Positions 35,103 to 45,532 of a DNA stretch of 64,000 bases are shown here, in pieces. Numbering within the stretch: the stretch's first letter is position 1; each line of letters opens with the position of its first letter. The stretch covers positions 22,229-86,228 of the forward strand of contig CAWHSU010000003.1 in assembly GCA_963832085.1 (NCBI GenBank), given 5' to 3'. Source of the DNA: an uncultured Actinomycetes bacterium. Its GTDB lineage: Bacteria > Actinomycetota > Thermoleophilia > Solirubrobacterales > 70-9. The notes beneath the pieces were generated by a model that was not told the DNA's origin, made no database searches, and was given only the letters and a program-made list of their open reading frames with translations. A program made the position numbers and the translations under genes.

Positions 35103-38100
35103 GTGAAGACCCAGTCCGATCGCGCCGCTCGCGTCGAGCGCTACTCGCCAGAGCGTCCCTACCGTCCGCTCGTCTCACCGCCCAGCGTCGAGGACAAGGA
35201 CGCCTGTGCCATCTACGCCTCGGTCCGCAAGGACGCGACGCCGAGCCATGAACCGATCGAGCTGGCGATCCCCGCCCTGCAGAAGATGCTCCACCGCGCC
35301 GGCAACGTCGACGGCGAGGGGGACGGCTGCGGCCTGCTGCTCGACATACCGCGCAGGATCTGGGCCGAGGAGGTCCGCACCGGGGGGCACGATCCTTCCC
35401 TGGCCACGGATGACGCCTTCGCCGTAGCCCACGTCTTCATCGAGCGCTCTCAGGACGTCGAGAAGATCAAGCACGACGCCCGCGAACTGCTCGCCGAAGG
35501 CGGCTTCCGCGTCCTCGCCGAGCGCGTCGGCGTCGTCAACTCACCGGCGCTGGGCCCGACCGCGCGCGAGGAGGAGCCGATCTTCTGGCAGCTCGCCGGC
35601 CTCGTCCCCGACGCCGGCTGCCGCGACTCGGTCCTCTTCGACCTGATGATCACGCTGGAGAAAGAGCTCGACGTCCACGTCCCCTCGTTCTCCGCCACCA
35701 CCTGCGTCTACAAGGTGATGGGCGCGCCGAAGGTCCTCGGCGAGTACTACCCCGACCTCCGCGACCCGCGCTTCGAGACGATCGGTTGCTTCGGCCACAA
35801 CCGCTACTCGACCAACACCTGGCCCTCCTTCAAGCGGGTGCAGCCGTTCTCGGTCCTCGGCCACAACGGCGAGATCAACACGATCCAGCAGCTGCGCCAG
35901 GAGGCGAAGATGCTGGCGGTTCCGATCCAGCCCGACTCCTCCGATTCGCAGGACCTCAACCGCACGATCGACACCCTGGTCAGCCGCGAGGGCTTCAGCC
36001 TCGCCGAGGCGATGGAGATGGTGGTGCCGCCGATCGTCGAGGAGATCAAGGGCCTCCCCGCCGATCTGCACGCCTTCTACCTCTACCTGCACCAGACGAT
36101 GGGGCCGTTCGCCCAGGGCCCGGTGGCGCTGATCGCCCGCCAGTCCGACGAGTGCGTCTTCTCCGCCGACGCGATGGGTCTGCGTCCGCTCTGGCAGGTC
36201 GAGACCGAAGACGACTACGTCTTCAGCTCCGAGCCCGGCGTCGTCTCGGTCGCGAAGATGTGCTCGGAGCCGAAGCCGCTCGCCCCGGGCGAGAAGGCGC
36301 TGGTCCTGATCGACCGCGCCGGGCGCAACTCGACCCTGCACCCGCACGACGAGATGCTGCGGATCGTCCGCGACCGCTGGCTGGCTCGCAACGGCATCGA
36401 GGCGATGGCCGCCTACGACCGCGCCCTGGAGACCGGCGGCCCGCTCGAGGGCAAGGACGTCCCCGGCTACTCCGACGCCGGCCCCGAGGAGCCGGTCAAG
36501 GTCTCCGACCGCGTCCTCGCCGGCTTCGGCTGGCAGCGCGACGACGTCAAACTGGTCCAGCAGATGGCCTCCAACGGGGCCGAGCCGGTCGGCTCGCTCG
36601 GCTACGACGGCCCGCTGGCGGCGCTCTCGCCCGAGCGGCAGAACCTCGCCGACTACTTCAAGGAGACGGTCGCCGTCGTCACCAACCCGGCGATCGACCG
36701 CGAACGCGAGATGGAGCACTTCTCGACCCGGACCCTGCTCGGGCGGCGCCCCTCCCCGGACAACGCGGGCGAGGACACCGGCACCGTCGAAACTCGGCTT
36801 CCCGGTCGTCCTCGGCGGCCACCACGGCCTGGCGCCGCTCGCCGACAAGACCTACCGGGCGATCGCGCGCGAGCACGACACCTACCTGCTCGAGGACCTC
36901 TGGGAGGAGTTCGGCGGCCGCGCCGGCGCCGTCGACATCTCCCTGCTGGAGTCGGAGACGACCCGGGGCGCGATAGAGCGGGTCAAGCAGGAGGCGGTGA
37001 AGAAGGTCCGCAACGGCTGCGAGCTGCTGGTCCTCACCGACCGCACCGTCTACGACGCCGAGCGGCGCTACCTCGACCCGCACCTGGCGACCTCGGCGAT
37101 CGACCAGGCGCTGAAGCAGTTCAAAGTCGAGACCGGCGAAGTCAACCTGCGGCGGCGCTGCGGCATCGTCCTGCGCTCGGCCGCGATCCGCAACGTCCAC
37201 GACGTGATGCTCGCGCTCGGCCTCGGCGCCAACGGCGTCTGCCCGTACACGATGGTCGAGGTGATCTGCGTCGAGGACTACGAGTCCGACGTCTCCAACC
37301 TCTGCGCGGCGCTGCGCAAAGGGATCGAGAAAGTGATCTCGACGATCGGCATCCACGAGGTCCGCGGCTACGCGCGCCAGTTCAGCTCGATCGGGATCAA
37401 GCCCGAGCTGGCCGAGATCTTCCAGACCGAGTTCTACGCCGCCTCCGAGAAGGCGGGGACCGGCTTCGCCGACCTCGACGAGGACACCAACGCCCGCGCC
37501 CACGCCCTCAGCGGCGACGAGGCGGCGGCGAAACCGGCGAAGACGTTCCGCTTCTACCCGAAGGTCTACAAGGCCGCGATCGCGACCGCGAACGGCTCCG
37601 GGACCTACGAGGAGTACTCGCAGAAGGTCCGCGACCTGGAGAAGCAGAGCCCGATCTCGATGCGCCACATCATGGGGCTGGTGGGCGATCGGGAGCCTCT
37701 GAAGGACGCAAGCGTCGTCGACGCCGGTGTCGGCCACCACGACTACCCGATCGTGATCTCCTCGATGAGCTTCGGCTCGCAGTCCGAGCCGGCCTTCCGC
37801 GCCTACGCCGACGCGGCGAAGGCGACCAACATCCTCTGCATGAACGGCGAGGGTGGCGAGATCCGCGACATGTACGGGCAGTACCGCAACTGGCGCGGGC
37901 AGCAGGTTGCCTCGGGACGCTTCGGCGTCTCGGCGGAGATGCTGAACAGCTCCTACGTCGCCGAGATCAAGATCGGCCAGGGCGCCAAGCCCGGCGAGGG
38001 CGGTCACCTGCCCGGCAAGAAGGTCTCGGAGAAGGTCGCCGCCGCGCGTAACGCCTCGCCCGGCACCGACCTGATCTCGCCCTCCAACAACCACGACCTC

Positions 38101-39768
38101 TACTCGATCGAGGACCTGGCCGAGCTGATCGACGAGCTGAAGACCGTCAACCCGGACGTGCGGGTCTCGGTCAAGGTGCCGGTGGTGCCGAACATCGGCA
38201 CGATCGGCCTCGGGATCGCCAAGGCCGGCGCCGACATCATCACCCTCTCGGGCTTCGAGGGGGGGACCGGTGCGGCGCGCCAGCACGCGCTGCGCCACGT
38301 CGGGCTGCCGAGCGACATCGGCACCCGCGCCGTGCACCGGGCGCTGATGGAGGCCGGGCTGCGCAACCGGGTCGAGATCTGGGCCGACGGCGGCTACCGG
38401 ACCGGCCACGACATCGTCAAACTGCACTGCCTCGGGGCCAACCGGGTCGGCTTCGGCACCCTGGCGATGGTCTCGATCGGCTGCACGATCTGCCGCGGCT
38501 GCCAGCTCGACACCTGCCACGTCGGGATCGCGACCCAGATCGAGACCCCCGAAGAGGCGGAGGCCCACGGGCTGAAGAAGTTCACCCCGCAGGAGGTCGA
38601 CCGCGCGGCGGAGAGCTGCGCCCGCTTCTTCGCCTCGATGGGCGAGGAGGTCAAGCAGGTGGTGGCCTCGCTCGGCTACGACCGCGCCCAGGACCTGGTC
38701 GGCCGCTACGACCTGCTGGAGCAGGTGGCGGCCAAGGACACGATCGACCTGGCGCCGCTGATCGAGCCGCTGGAGGAGCACCTCGACCTCGAACCGCTCG
38801 ACCTGCCGGTGGCCGAGGAGACCGAGGCGCGGGCCGAAGCCGGCCTCGTCGTCGCCCGGCCGATCCGGATGGAGGCGAAGGAGGCCTCGAGCCAGATCGC
38901 CGCGCTGGCGCCGGAAATCTGCGGCGGCACCACCATCCGCAGCCAGTTCCCACGTGCGACCGACGCCAACGACCGCGTCCTCGGCACCGAGCTCTCCGGG
39001 GCGATCGCCCGCTCGCGGATCTTCGAAGACGGTCCCGAGTCCAGCGACGAGGTCCTCGCCAGCCTCGAGTTCAACGGCGGCTCCGTCGCCGGCCAAGGGC
39101 TCGGCGCCTTCAACTCCTACGGGGTCAACATCCGCATCGAGGGCGGCGCCCAGGACGGCGTCGGCAAGACGATGCTGGGCGGGACGATCGCGATCCTCAA
39201 GGGCAAGGGTGCGCGCGGCCAGCGCCTCAACGGCTCCGTCGGCAAGTCCTTCGCCTACGGCGCCCAGCGCGGCAAGCTCTACGTCCAGGGCTCGGCCGAC
39301 TCGCGCTTCTGCATCCGCTTCTCCGGCGCCGACGTGGTGCTCGCGGGCGAGCCCGAGGGGCCGATCGACGACAGCCGCGGCGTCCTCGCCGACCGCGCCA
39401 ACGTCAAGGGCTTCGCCTTCGAGTACATGACCTCGGGCCGCGCCGTCGTCCTCGGCGACATCGGTCCCTGGGCCTGCGCCGGCATGACCGGCGGCCGCGT
39501 CTACGTCCGCCAGAACGCCTTCGGCCTCGACCGCGCCGCGATCGAACGCCGCCTCGGCAAGGGCGCCAAAGTCGAGCTCAAGGACCTCGACGCCGAAGCC
39601 CTGATCGACATCGACGACCTTCTCGGCGGCTACGCCTCTGAACTCCGCGCCACCGACCAGAACGAGGAGGCCGACCGCGTCCTCGACCTGGCCGCCGACG
39701 CCACCAGCAACTTCCTGATGATCGTCCCGTTCAAGGTCCAGGCGGACCCGAGCATCAGCACCGAGTGA
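35103..39768 (+). pseudogene. gltB: glutamate synthase large subunit, one frame break near 36786-36795
   Basis: GATase-2 domain (DACAIYAS..., GHNRYSTNTWPSF, LGHNGEINT). The central domain continues in the +1 frame after ...GEDTGTVE (LGFPVVLGGHHGLAPL...). FMN domain motifs are ISSMSFGS, KIGQGAKPGEGGHLPG, ISPSNNHDLYSIEDL and CRGCQLDTCHVG. A C-terminal GXGXG domain follows. Confidence 0.85.
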
Positions 39769-39769
39769 T

Positions 39770-40264
39770 TTAGGGCGTTTTCCCCTCCAACCGGTCCGCG
39801 ATCGCACGGACCTCCTCCAGGAGGCCGTCGAGCATGCGCTCGGTGTCGGAGTGGATGCGCCACTCGGCCAGGCGGCGTTCGGCGTCGAGGCTGTCGAGGC
39901 GCTGTTCGAGGGTGGCGGTGCGGTTCTCAAGGCGAGAAATCGAGCGGTCGGTGCGCTTTTGGGACTTGCGGATGCGGGTCTTGACGTAGCGGCGGAGGTC
40001 CTCCTGCATCGTGTCGAGCTCGCGGCGGAGGTCGCTGTTGAGCGGCGCGTTCTGCTCGTCGAGCATCTGCTCGACGCCGTGGCGGACGCGTTCGATCTCG
40101 GCGTGGAGCTCGGCGCGGGCGCGCTCGGCGGAGGCCGAGATCGACTCCTCGCCCGATCGGAAGCCGGGATCGTCCGGTGGCTGGGCAGCGTTCACCGCCT
40201 CGCATCGTAGGAGCGGGGGTGGCGGGAAAAGGGAGCCTGGATCTCGCGAGACCGCAAAAAACAT
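39770..40264 (-). CDS. hypothetical coiled-coil protein
   Basis: Heptad-like charged sequence (AELHAEIERVRHGVEQMLDE...LEQRLDSLDAERRLAEW). The start is uncertain because the annotated ATG lies in a hairpin loop. Confidence 0.45.
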   Translation of the reverse strand: MFFAVSRDPGSLFPPPPLLRCEAVNAAQPPDDPGFRSGEESISASAERARAELHAEIERVRHGVEQMLDEQNAPLNSDLRRELDTMQEDLRRYVKTRIRKSQKRTDRSISRLENRTATLEQRLDSLDAERRLAEWRIHSDTERMLDGLLEEVRAIADRLEGKTP

Positions 40265-40291
40265 CCCTCAAGGAGGGTTTTTGCGGTCTCG
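40247..40291. repeat. hairpin repeat copy 2 (arms CGAGACCGCAAAAA / TTTTTGCGGTCTCG)
   Basis: 14-bp perfect stem and 17-nt loop containing CCCTC-AAG-GAGGG. The arms are identical to the 6673-6719 copy. It lies between the FHA gene stop and the next minus-strand ORF. Confidence 0.6.
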
Positions 40292-40297
40292 GCTGAT

Positions 40298-40875
40298 CTA
40301 TGGCTGCAGCAGGTACAGGCGGTAGCGGCCGATCGCCAGCTCGTCGCCGGGCTGCAGCTCGGCGAACTCCACCTTGCGGCCGTTGACGAGGACGCCGTTG
40401 AGGCTGCGGTCGTCGAGGATCCGCGGGGGTTTGTCGGACTCGAAGCGCGACCATCGCGTGGCGGCGGGAGACGCTGGGGTCGTCGAGGAAGATCTCGGCC
40501 GTGTCGCAGCGGCCGATCCGGCTCCAGCCGCCCTCGAGCGCGAAGGTCGACGATCTCACCTCGCTCGCGCAGAGCGAGGTGGTAGCCCGGCCTCGGTCAG
40601 GCTCGCGCGAGCCTGGTCCAGCCAGTTCGGCGTCTCGCGCTCGCCGCTCAGCGCGAATTCGACGGTGGGAGGACCGTGCTCCTGCAGCGAGGAGAAGATC
40701 GAGTCGCGGCGGAAGCGGATCGTCCCGCAGCGCGGGCACTCCGGCAGCGGGTCGGTCTCGCGCAGGGCGAGCTGGGTGCCGCAGACGAGGCAGAAGTAGG
40801 TGCCCTCTCCGGGCAGGGAGCCGGTGGCGTAGGCCTCGCCGGCCGGGTGGTGCCGGCACTCTCGAAAATAGGAAA
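40298..40875 (-). pseudogene. zinc-ribbon + FHA-domain protein needing at least two frame changes
   Basis: Frame A encodes YFCLVCGTQLALRETDPLPECPRCG. Frame B encodes STFALEGGWSRIGRCDTAEIFLDDPSVSRRHAMVA. Frame A again encodes RFESDKPPRILDDRSLNGVLVNGRKVEFAELQPGDELAIGRYRLYLLQP-stop. GGAAGGAG lies upstream, but there is no in-frame canonical start. Confidence 0.6.
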
Positions 40876-40989
40876 CTCTCCTTCCTGACTGGTCGCATTC
40901 GATACTAGACGCGGACTTCGTCCCTTGTCACTTGAAATCTCTCTACCAGATCCCCCCTGGGTGGCCGCCATCTAGAATCCGCCGCCCCG

Positions 40990-41506
40990 ATGGGTCCGAT
41001 CAGCACCGAAATCGAGATCGACGTTCCCCGCGAGCAGGCTTTCGCGGCGATCGCCGACCTCGCCAGCGCGGCCCTCCTTCACCGACCACTTCCTCACCGA
41101 CTTCCATCTCACCCGCATCGAAGCGATGGGAATCGGCGCCGGAGCGCGGTTCCGCGCCCACGGCCCGCTGCGGAAGGTCTGGATGGACACCTCGATCGTC
41201 GCGATCGAGGGGCCCTTCCGAATCGTCGAGGAAGGCCGCGGCGGCCGCGGCAACCGGATCCCCAACCACACGGTCTGGGAGCTGACGGAGGCGCCGGGGA
41301 ACCTGACCGCCGTCCGCGTCTCCCACTGGACCGAACCCGCAGCCGTCGACCGCGTTCTCGAGCTGCTCAGCGCCGGCTCCCTCTTCCAGGCCCGTGGCTG
41401 GCGCCAGGCCCTGCGCCGTCTGCGCGACAACCTCGAGTCCGACCAGCCCCGCGCCGAGCGGATCGCGATCGCCGGCGGCAACCGGTACGCGACGGGCATC
41501 CCCTAG
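40990..41506 (+). pseudogene. SRPBCC (START/polyketide-cyclase-like) family protein, frameshifted near 41062-41071
   Basis: MGPISTEIEIDVPREQAFAAIADLAS lies in one frame. It continues as RPSFTDHFLTDFHLTRIEAMGIGAGARFRAHGPLRKVWMDTSIVAIEGPFRIVEEG... in the +1 frame. Confidence 0.6.
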
Positions 41507-41529
41507 AGCGATATAGACTCCTCGCCGCG

Positions 41530-42134
41530 ATGTCCCCGCACCGCCGCCTCCTCTGCCCTGCTTGCGCTCCTGGCGCTGCTCGCGCTCGCCGTCGGCGTCT
41601 CCGCCTGCGGCTACGAGAGCGACTCGCACGAGGTCGAGGAGGGCGCGCCGGTCGAGATCGGCGAGCTCCACTACAACGTCACCTTCTCGCGCTACCTCAA
41701 CCCCAACGACTCCGAGGATGAGGCCTATCTCGAGGGCCAGCCGGAAGCGCCGGAGGGGACGGCCTACTTCGGCGTCTTCTTCGAAGTCCAGAACGAATCC
41801 GATCACGTGCAGCCACTGCCGGAGACGCTGACGATCACCGACACCGAGGACCAGGAGTACGAGGTGCTCGAGAGCGAGAGCATCTTCGCCCTGCCGCTCG
41901 GCGGTGAGGTCGAGGCCGAAGAACAGGTCCCGGTCCTCGACTCGGCGCCGCAGCTGGGGGCGATCGAAGGCTCCGTGGCGATCTTCCTGCTTCCGGACGA
42001 AGCTTCCGAGAACCGGCCGCTGATCCTCCACATCCCCGCCGCCGAGGAGGGCGAAGAGGGCGGCGAAGTGACGCTCGACCTCAGCCGCGCGCACGTCTGG
42101 CGGCGGCGGACCGCTACGCGCCTCGGTCGCCTGA
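41530..42134 (+). CDS. putative lipoprotein (DUF4352-like beta-sandwich); start and stop both out of frame with the body
   Basis: The body frame gives ASSALLALLALLALAVGVSACGYESD... YFGVFFEVQNESDHVQPLPETLTITDTEDQEYEVLES.... The only nearby ATG (41530) is in the -1 frame relative to it. The body frame has no stop before 44998, so the 3' end is set provisionally at the downstream hairpin. Confidence 0.4.
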
Positions 42135-42152
42135 ATAGCGCTGCTATTCAGG
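42130..42152. terminator. 10-bp hairpin CCTGAATAGC-GCT-GCTATTCAGG between convergent genes
   Basis: Perfect stem in a locally AT-richer patch between the lipoprotein gene (+) and the PBP gene stop (42218, -). Confidence 0.5.
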
Positions 42153-42217
42153 CTCCCTGCGTCCTTGTACTGCTTGGTCCGGCGCTCGCCAGCCGCACAC
42201 GCGGGGGCGGTTTCAAC

Positions 42218-43951
42218 TCAGAGCCCCGCCGCGAGGACTTCCGAGGCGATCGGCGCCGCGACTTCGCCGCCGGAGGCTTCGGCTTCGATCAGCAGCACCC
42301 CGACCGCCAGCCGCGGCTTCTCGGCCGGGGCGAAGGCGGTGAACCAGGCGTCCTTGATCTGGACCGGGTTCTCCTCTTCCTCCTGGCCCGGCTTCGGGCC
42401 AAGCTCCGCGGTCCCGGTCTTGGCGGCGACCTGCGCCTCGGAGATCGCCCCGGCGGTGCCGGTGCCTTCGGTGACGACGCCGATCATCAACTCGGTCATC
42501 TGCTTCGCCACCTGCGGCGACATCACCCGCACCGCCTCGGGGTCGGGGCGGAGTTTCTTGGTGACGACGATCGAGGTCGGCAGCCGCACACCTTTGTTGG
42601 CTACCGCCTGCGAGACGCTTGCCATCTCCAGCGGGGTGGCCAGCACTTCCCCCTGGCCGATCGCCGAGACGCCGAGGTCGATTTCTTCGCCGATCTCGGT
42701 CGGGATCGTCGATTCCTCCGGCTCGACTTCGCGGACGATCTGCGGCGCGTAGAGAGCGGGCGGCTGGTTGAAGCCGAACTTCTCCGCGGTTTCGACCAGC
42801 TTGTCGTTGCCGACCGCCGGGCCGAGCGGGGCGAAGACGGCGTTGCAGGAGTGGGCGAAGGCTTCGCGGAAGGTGCCGCCGCAGAACTCGCCGTTGGCGT
42901 TGTAGATGAAGCGTCCGCCGACGTTGATGCCGTCGCTGATTTCGAATTCGTCGTCCATGCTCACCTCGCCGGCTTCCAGGGCGGCGACGGTGGTCAGGAC
43001 CTTGAAGGTGGAGCCGGGGGGCTGGGGAGCGGAGAAGGCCTGCCCGGCCAGCGCCCGCACGTCGCCGGTGCGGGTGTCGAGCGCCGCGACCCCGCCCGAG
43101 CGCCCGGCCAGCGCCGCAACCGCGACCTCCTGCAGCTCGGGGTCGATCGTCGTCTTCACCGGGGCGCCGGGTTGCGGTTTCGATTTGGCCAAGGTGCGGA
43201 CGGAGGAGCCGTCGGCGGTCACCGCCAGCAGGGAGCCGCCGGGCTTGCCGGCGAGGCGGGCGTTGAAGGCGCGCTCGAGGCCGCTGATCCCGACCGGCGT
43301 TTCCGGCGAGAAGCCGCGGCGGGCGAGCCTGGCCAGTTCTTCTTCGGGGGCTTCGCCGATTTCGCCGGTGACGTCGATCGCGGCGCTGCCGAGCGGGTGT
43401 TCCCGTTCGGTCGCCGGGCCCTCGGCCAGCGGCGTCCCGTCCCGGGCCAGGATCGGCGCCCGTTCGGCGAGCTCGGTGTCGGCGGCCAGTTCCTCGCTCT
43501 CCCGCAGGCCGGGGAAGACCAGGCTCTCGTCCCATTCGATCCCGCCGTCGGCGAAGGGCAGGACGACCTCCGCTGCGACCGGGCCGAAGGCGACCGTGGC
43601 GACCGTCATCTCGACCGGGACCGCCTTGCCGGCGCCGCTGTCCTCGGCCTCTCCGGCGGAGCCCGCCTCGATCTGCCGCGCCGTCGCCACCTGCTGGGCT
43701 TCGCGGTAGGCGGCTTCGAAATCCTTGCGACTGATTCGCGCTTTCGAGGCCGCGTTCAGCTCCCCGTACATGCCTTTGAAGTTCTTCGCCTCCCAGGCCG
43801 CGGCGAAGCGATCGGCGGCTTCCTTCTCGGGCGAGCCGGGCGAGCCGGTGGCGGCGCCGATGACGAAAGCGACCAGGGCGACGACGGCCAGCGGCAGGGT
43901 GCGGGTGATGAGGCGGCGGCGACGCTCACCCTCGGCGGGAAACGAACTCAC
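42218..43951 (-). CDS. penicillin-binding protein, transpeptidase class (with N-terminal NTF2-like/MecA_N-type domain)
   Basis: TM anchor. Motifs are SxxK as PPGSTFKVLT, SxN as HSCNAVF and KTG as AKTGTAE. Confidence 0.9.
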   Translation of the reverse strand: MSSFPAEGERRRRLITRTLPLAVVALVAFVIGAATGSPGSPEKEAADRFAAAWEAKNFKGMYGELNAASKARISRKDFEAAYREAQQVATARQIEAGSAGEAEDSGAGKAVPVEMTVATVAFGPVAAEVVLPFADGGIEWDESLVFPGLRESEELAADTELAERAPILARDGTPLAEGPATEREHPLGSAAIDVTGEIGEAPEEELARLARRGFSPETPVGISGLERAFNARLAGKPGGSLLAVTADGSSVRTLAKSKPQPGAPVKTTIDPELQEVAVAALAGRSGGVAALDTRTGDVRALAGQAFSAPQPPGSTFKVLTTVAALEAGEVSMDDEFEISDGINVGGRFIYNANGEFCGGTFREAFAHSCNAVFAPLGPAVGNDKLVETAEKFGFNQPPALYAPQIVREVEPEESTIPTEIGEEIDLGVSAIGQGEVLATPLEMASVSQAVANKGVRLPTSIVVTKKLRPDPEAVRVMSPQVAKQMTELMIGVVTEGTGTAGAISEAQVAAKTGTAELGPKPGQEEEENPVQIKDAWFTAFAPAEKPRLAVGVLLIEAEASGGEVAAPIASEVLAAGL

Positions 43952-43997
43952 CGACGAAAGGTAAAGGAGCGATTCCCGGCATGCTTCTATTCACCGG

Positions 43998-45140
43998 GTG
44001 ACCGTGCTGGATTGGGCGATCGTCGCCTTCACCCTGGCCCTCGCCCTCTGGGGTTACCGGCAGGGCCTGATCGTCGGCGCGCTGACCCTGCTGGGCTTCG
44101 GGATCGGGGCCTTCGCCGGCAGCAGGATCGGCCCGCTGCTGCTGAACCAGGGCTCGCACTCCCCGTATGCACCGCTCTGCGCGGCGCTGGGAGCGCTCCT
44201 GGTCGGGGCGCTGACGGCGGTGACCCTGGAGAGCTTCGCGCTCGGGCTGCGGGAAAAGATCGTCCGCCGGCCCTTCCTGCACGCGGCCGACGGGGCCGGC
44301 GGGGCGGCCCTGATCGCCTCGGTCGCGCTCGGGATGGCCTGGGTCTTCGGCGCCGTGCTCCTCCACGCCCCCTCGACGGCGCAGCTGCGCGCCGACATCC
44401 AGCAGTCGCTGATCCTGCGCAGCCTCAACGACGTCCTGCCCCCGACCGGGCCGGTGCTGAACGCGCTCAACCGGGTCGATCCGGCGCCGACGGTGCTCGG
44501 CCCCGCCGCGCCTGTCGCCGCCCCCGACGCGGGGATCGCCTCCGACCCGCAGGTCCTCGATGCCGGCGACTCCGTCGTCCGCGTCCTCAGCACCGCCTGC
44601 GGGCTCGGGATCGAGGGGTCGGGCTGGGCGGTCGAACCGGGAGTGGTCGTCACCAACGCCCACGTCGTCGCCGGCGCCGACGACACCACCGTCACCACCC
44701 AGAACGGGACCGAGCTGGAGGCGACCCCGATCTACTACGAGCCGCGGCAGGACCTGGCGCTGCTGCGGGTGGGGACGGCGCTCCCGGTCCTGCCGATCAG
44801 CTCGCGTCGCCAGGAGGGCGAGGATGCGGCGGTCCTCGGCTATCCCGAAAACGGTCCCTACTCGCTCTCACCGGCCCGGATCGGCGAAACCCGAGCGACT
44901 ATCAGCGAGGACTCCTACGGCAACGGCCCGATCGAGCGCACGATCGTCTCGATGAGCGGGATCGTCCGCAGCGGCAACTCCGGTGGGCCGCTGGTTGACC
45001 CGCAGGGAAACGCCGTCGGCACCGTCTTCGCCGCGACCACCAGCGGCCCGCGAGGGGGCTTCGCGATCCCGGCCGAGCAGGTGAGCGAAGCCCTGCAGCG
45101 AACCGTCGACGAGGTCGACACCGGTCCCTGCACGGCGTGA
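43998..45140 (+). CDS. CvpA-family membrane domain fused to trypsin-like serine protease (MarP-like)
   Basis: Four N-terminal helices (colicin V production fold). S1 protease triad contexts are TNAHVVAG, DLALLRV and GNSGGPLV. Confidence 0.85.
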   Translation: MTVLDWAIVAFTLALALWGYRQGLIVGALTLLGFGIGAFAGSRIGPLLLNQGSHSPYAPLCAALGALLVGALTAVTLESFALGLREKIVRRPFLHAADGAGGAALIASVALGMAWVFGAVLLHAPSTAQLRADIQQSLILRSLNDVLPPTGPVLNALNRVDPAPTVLGPAAPVAAPDAGIASDPQVLDAGDSVVRVLSTACGLGIEGSGWAVEPGVVVTNAHVVAGADDTTVTTQNGTELEATPIYYEPRQDLALLRVGTALPVLPISSRRQEGEDAAVLGYPENGPYSLSPARIGETRATISEDSYGNGPIERTIVSMSGIVRSGNSGGPLVDPQGNAVGTVFAATTSGPRGGFAIPAEQVSEALQRTVDEVDTGPCTA

Positions 45141-45181
45141 GGGCCGAAAAGCCCAGCACTTACGTTCAGTAAGCTCGGAAT

Positions 45182-45532
45182 ATGGAGCAGGTCACTTCGA
45201 CCCAGGTCCAAGGGGAGGTGCCGGGGGCGGTCTGCCCGCACTTCCACCATGCGATCGAGTTGATCGGCAAGCGCTGGACCGGCGCGATCGTCTGTGCCCT
45301 GACGGAGCGGCCGATGCGTTATGCCGAGCTGGGCAAGGCGGTTCCGGGACTCTCTGATCGACTGCTCTCGCAGCGGCTGCGAGAGCTGGAGGGGGAGGGG
45401 CTGGTCGAGCGCCAGGTCGAAGCCGGCACGCCGGTGCGGGTGACCTACTCCCTGACCGTGATCGGGCAAGGGCTTGATCCCGTTCTCAATGAGCTGAAGG
45501 TTTGGGCTAGAGAGTGGAAGAAAGCCAGCTGA
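45182..45532 (+). CDS. HxlR-family winged-helix transcriptional regulator
   Basis: CPHFHHAIELIGKRWTGAIVCAL...MRYAELGKAVPGLSDRLLSQRLRELEGEGLVER. Confidence 0.85.
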   Translation: MEQVTSTQVQGEVPGAVCPHFHHAIELIGKRWTGAIVCALTERPMRYAELGKAVPGLSDRLLSQRLRELEGEGLVERQVEAGTPVRVTYSLTVIGQGLDPVLNELKVWAREWKKAS

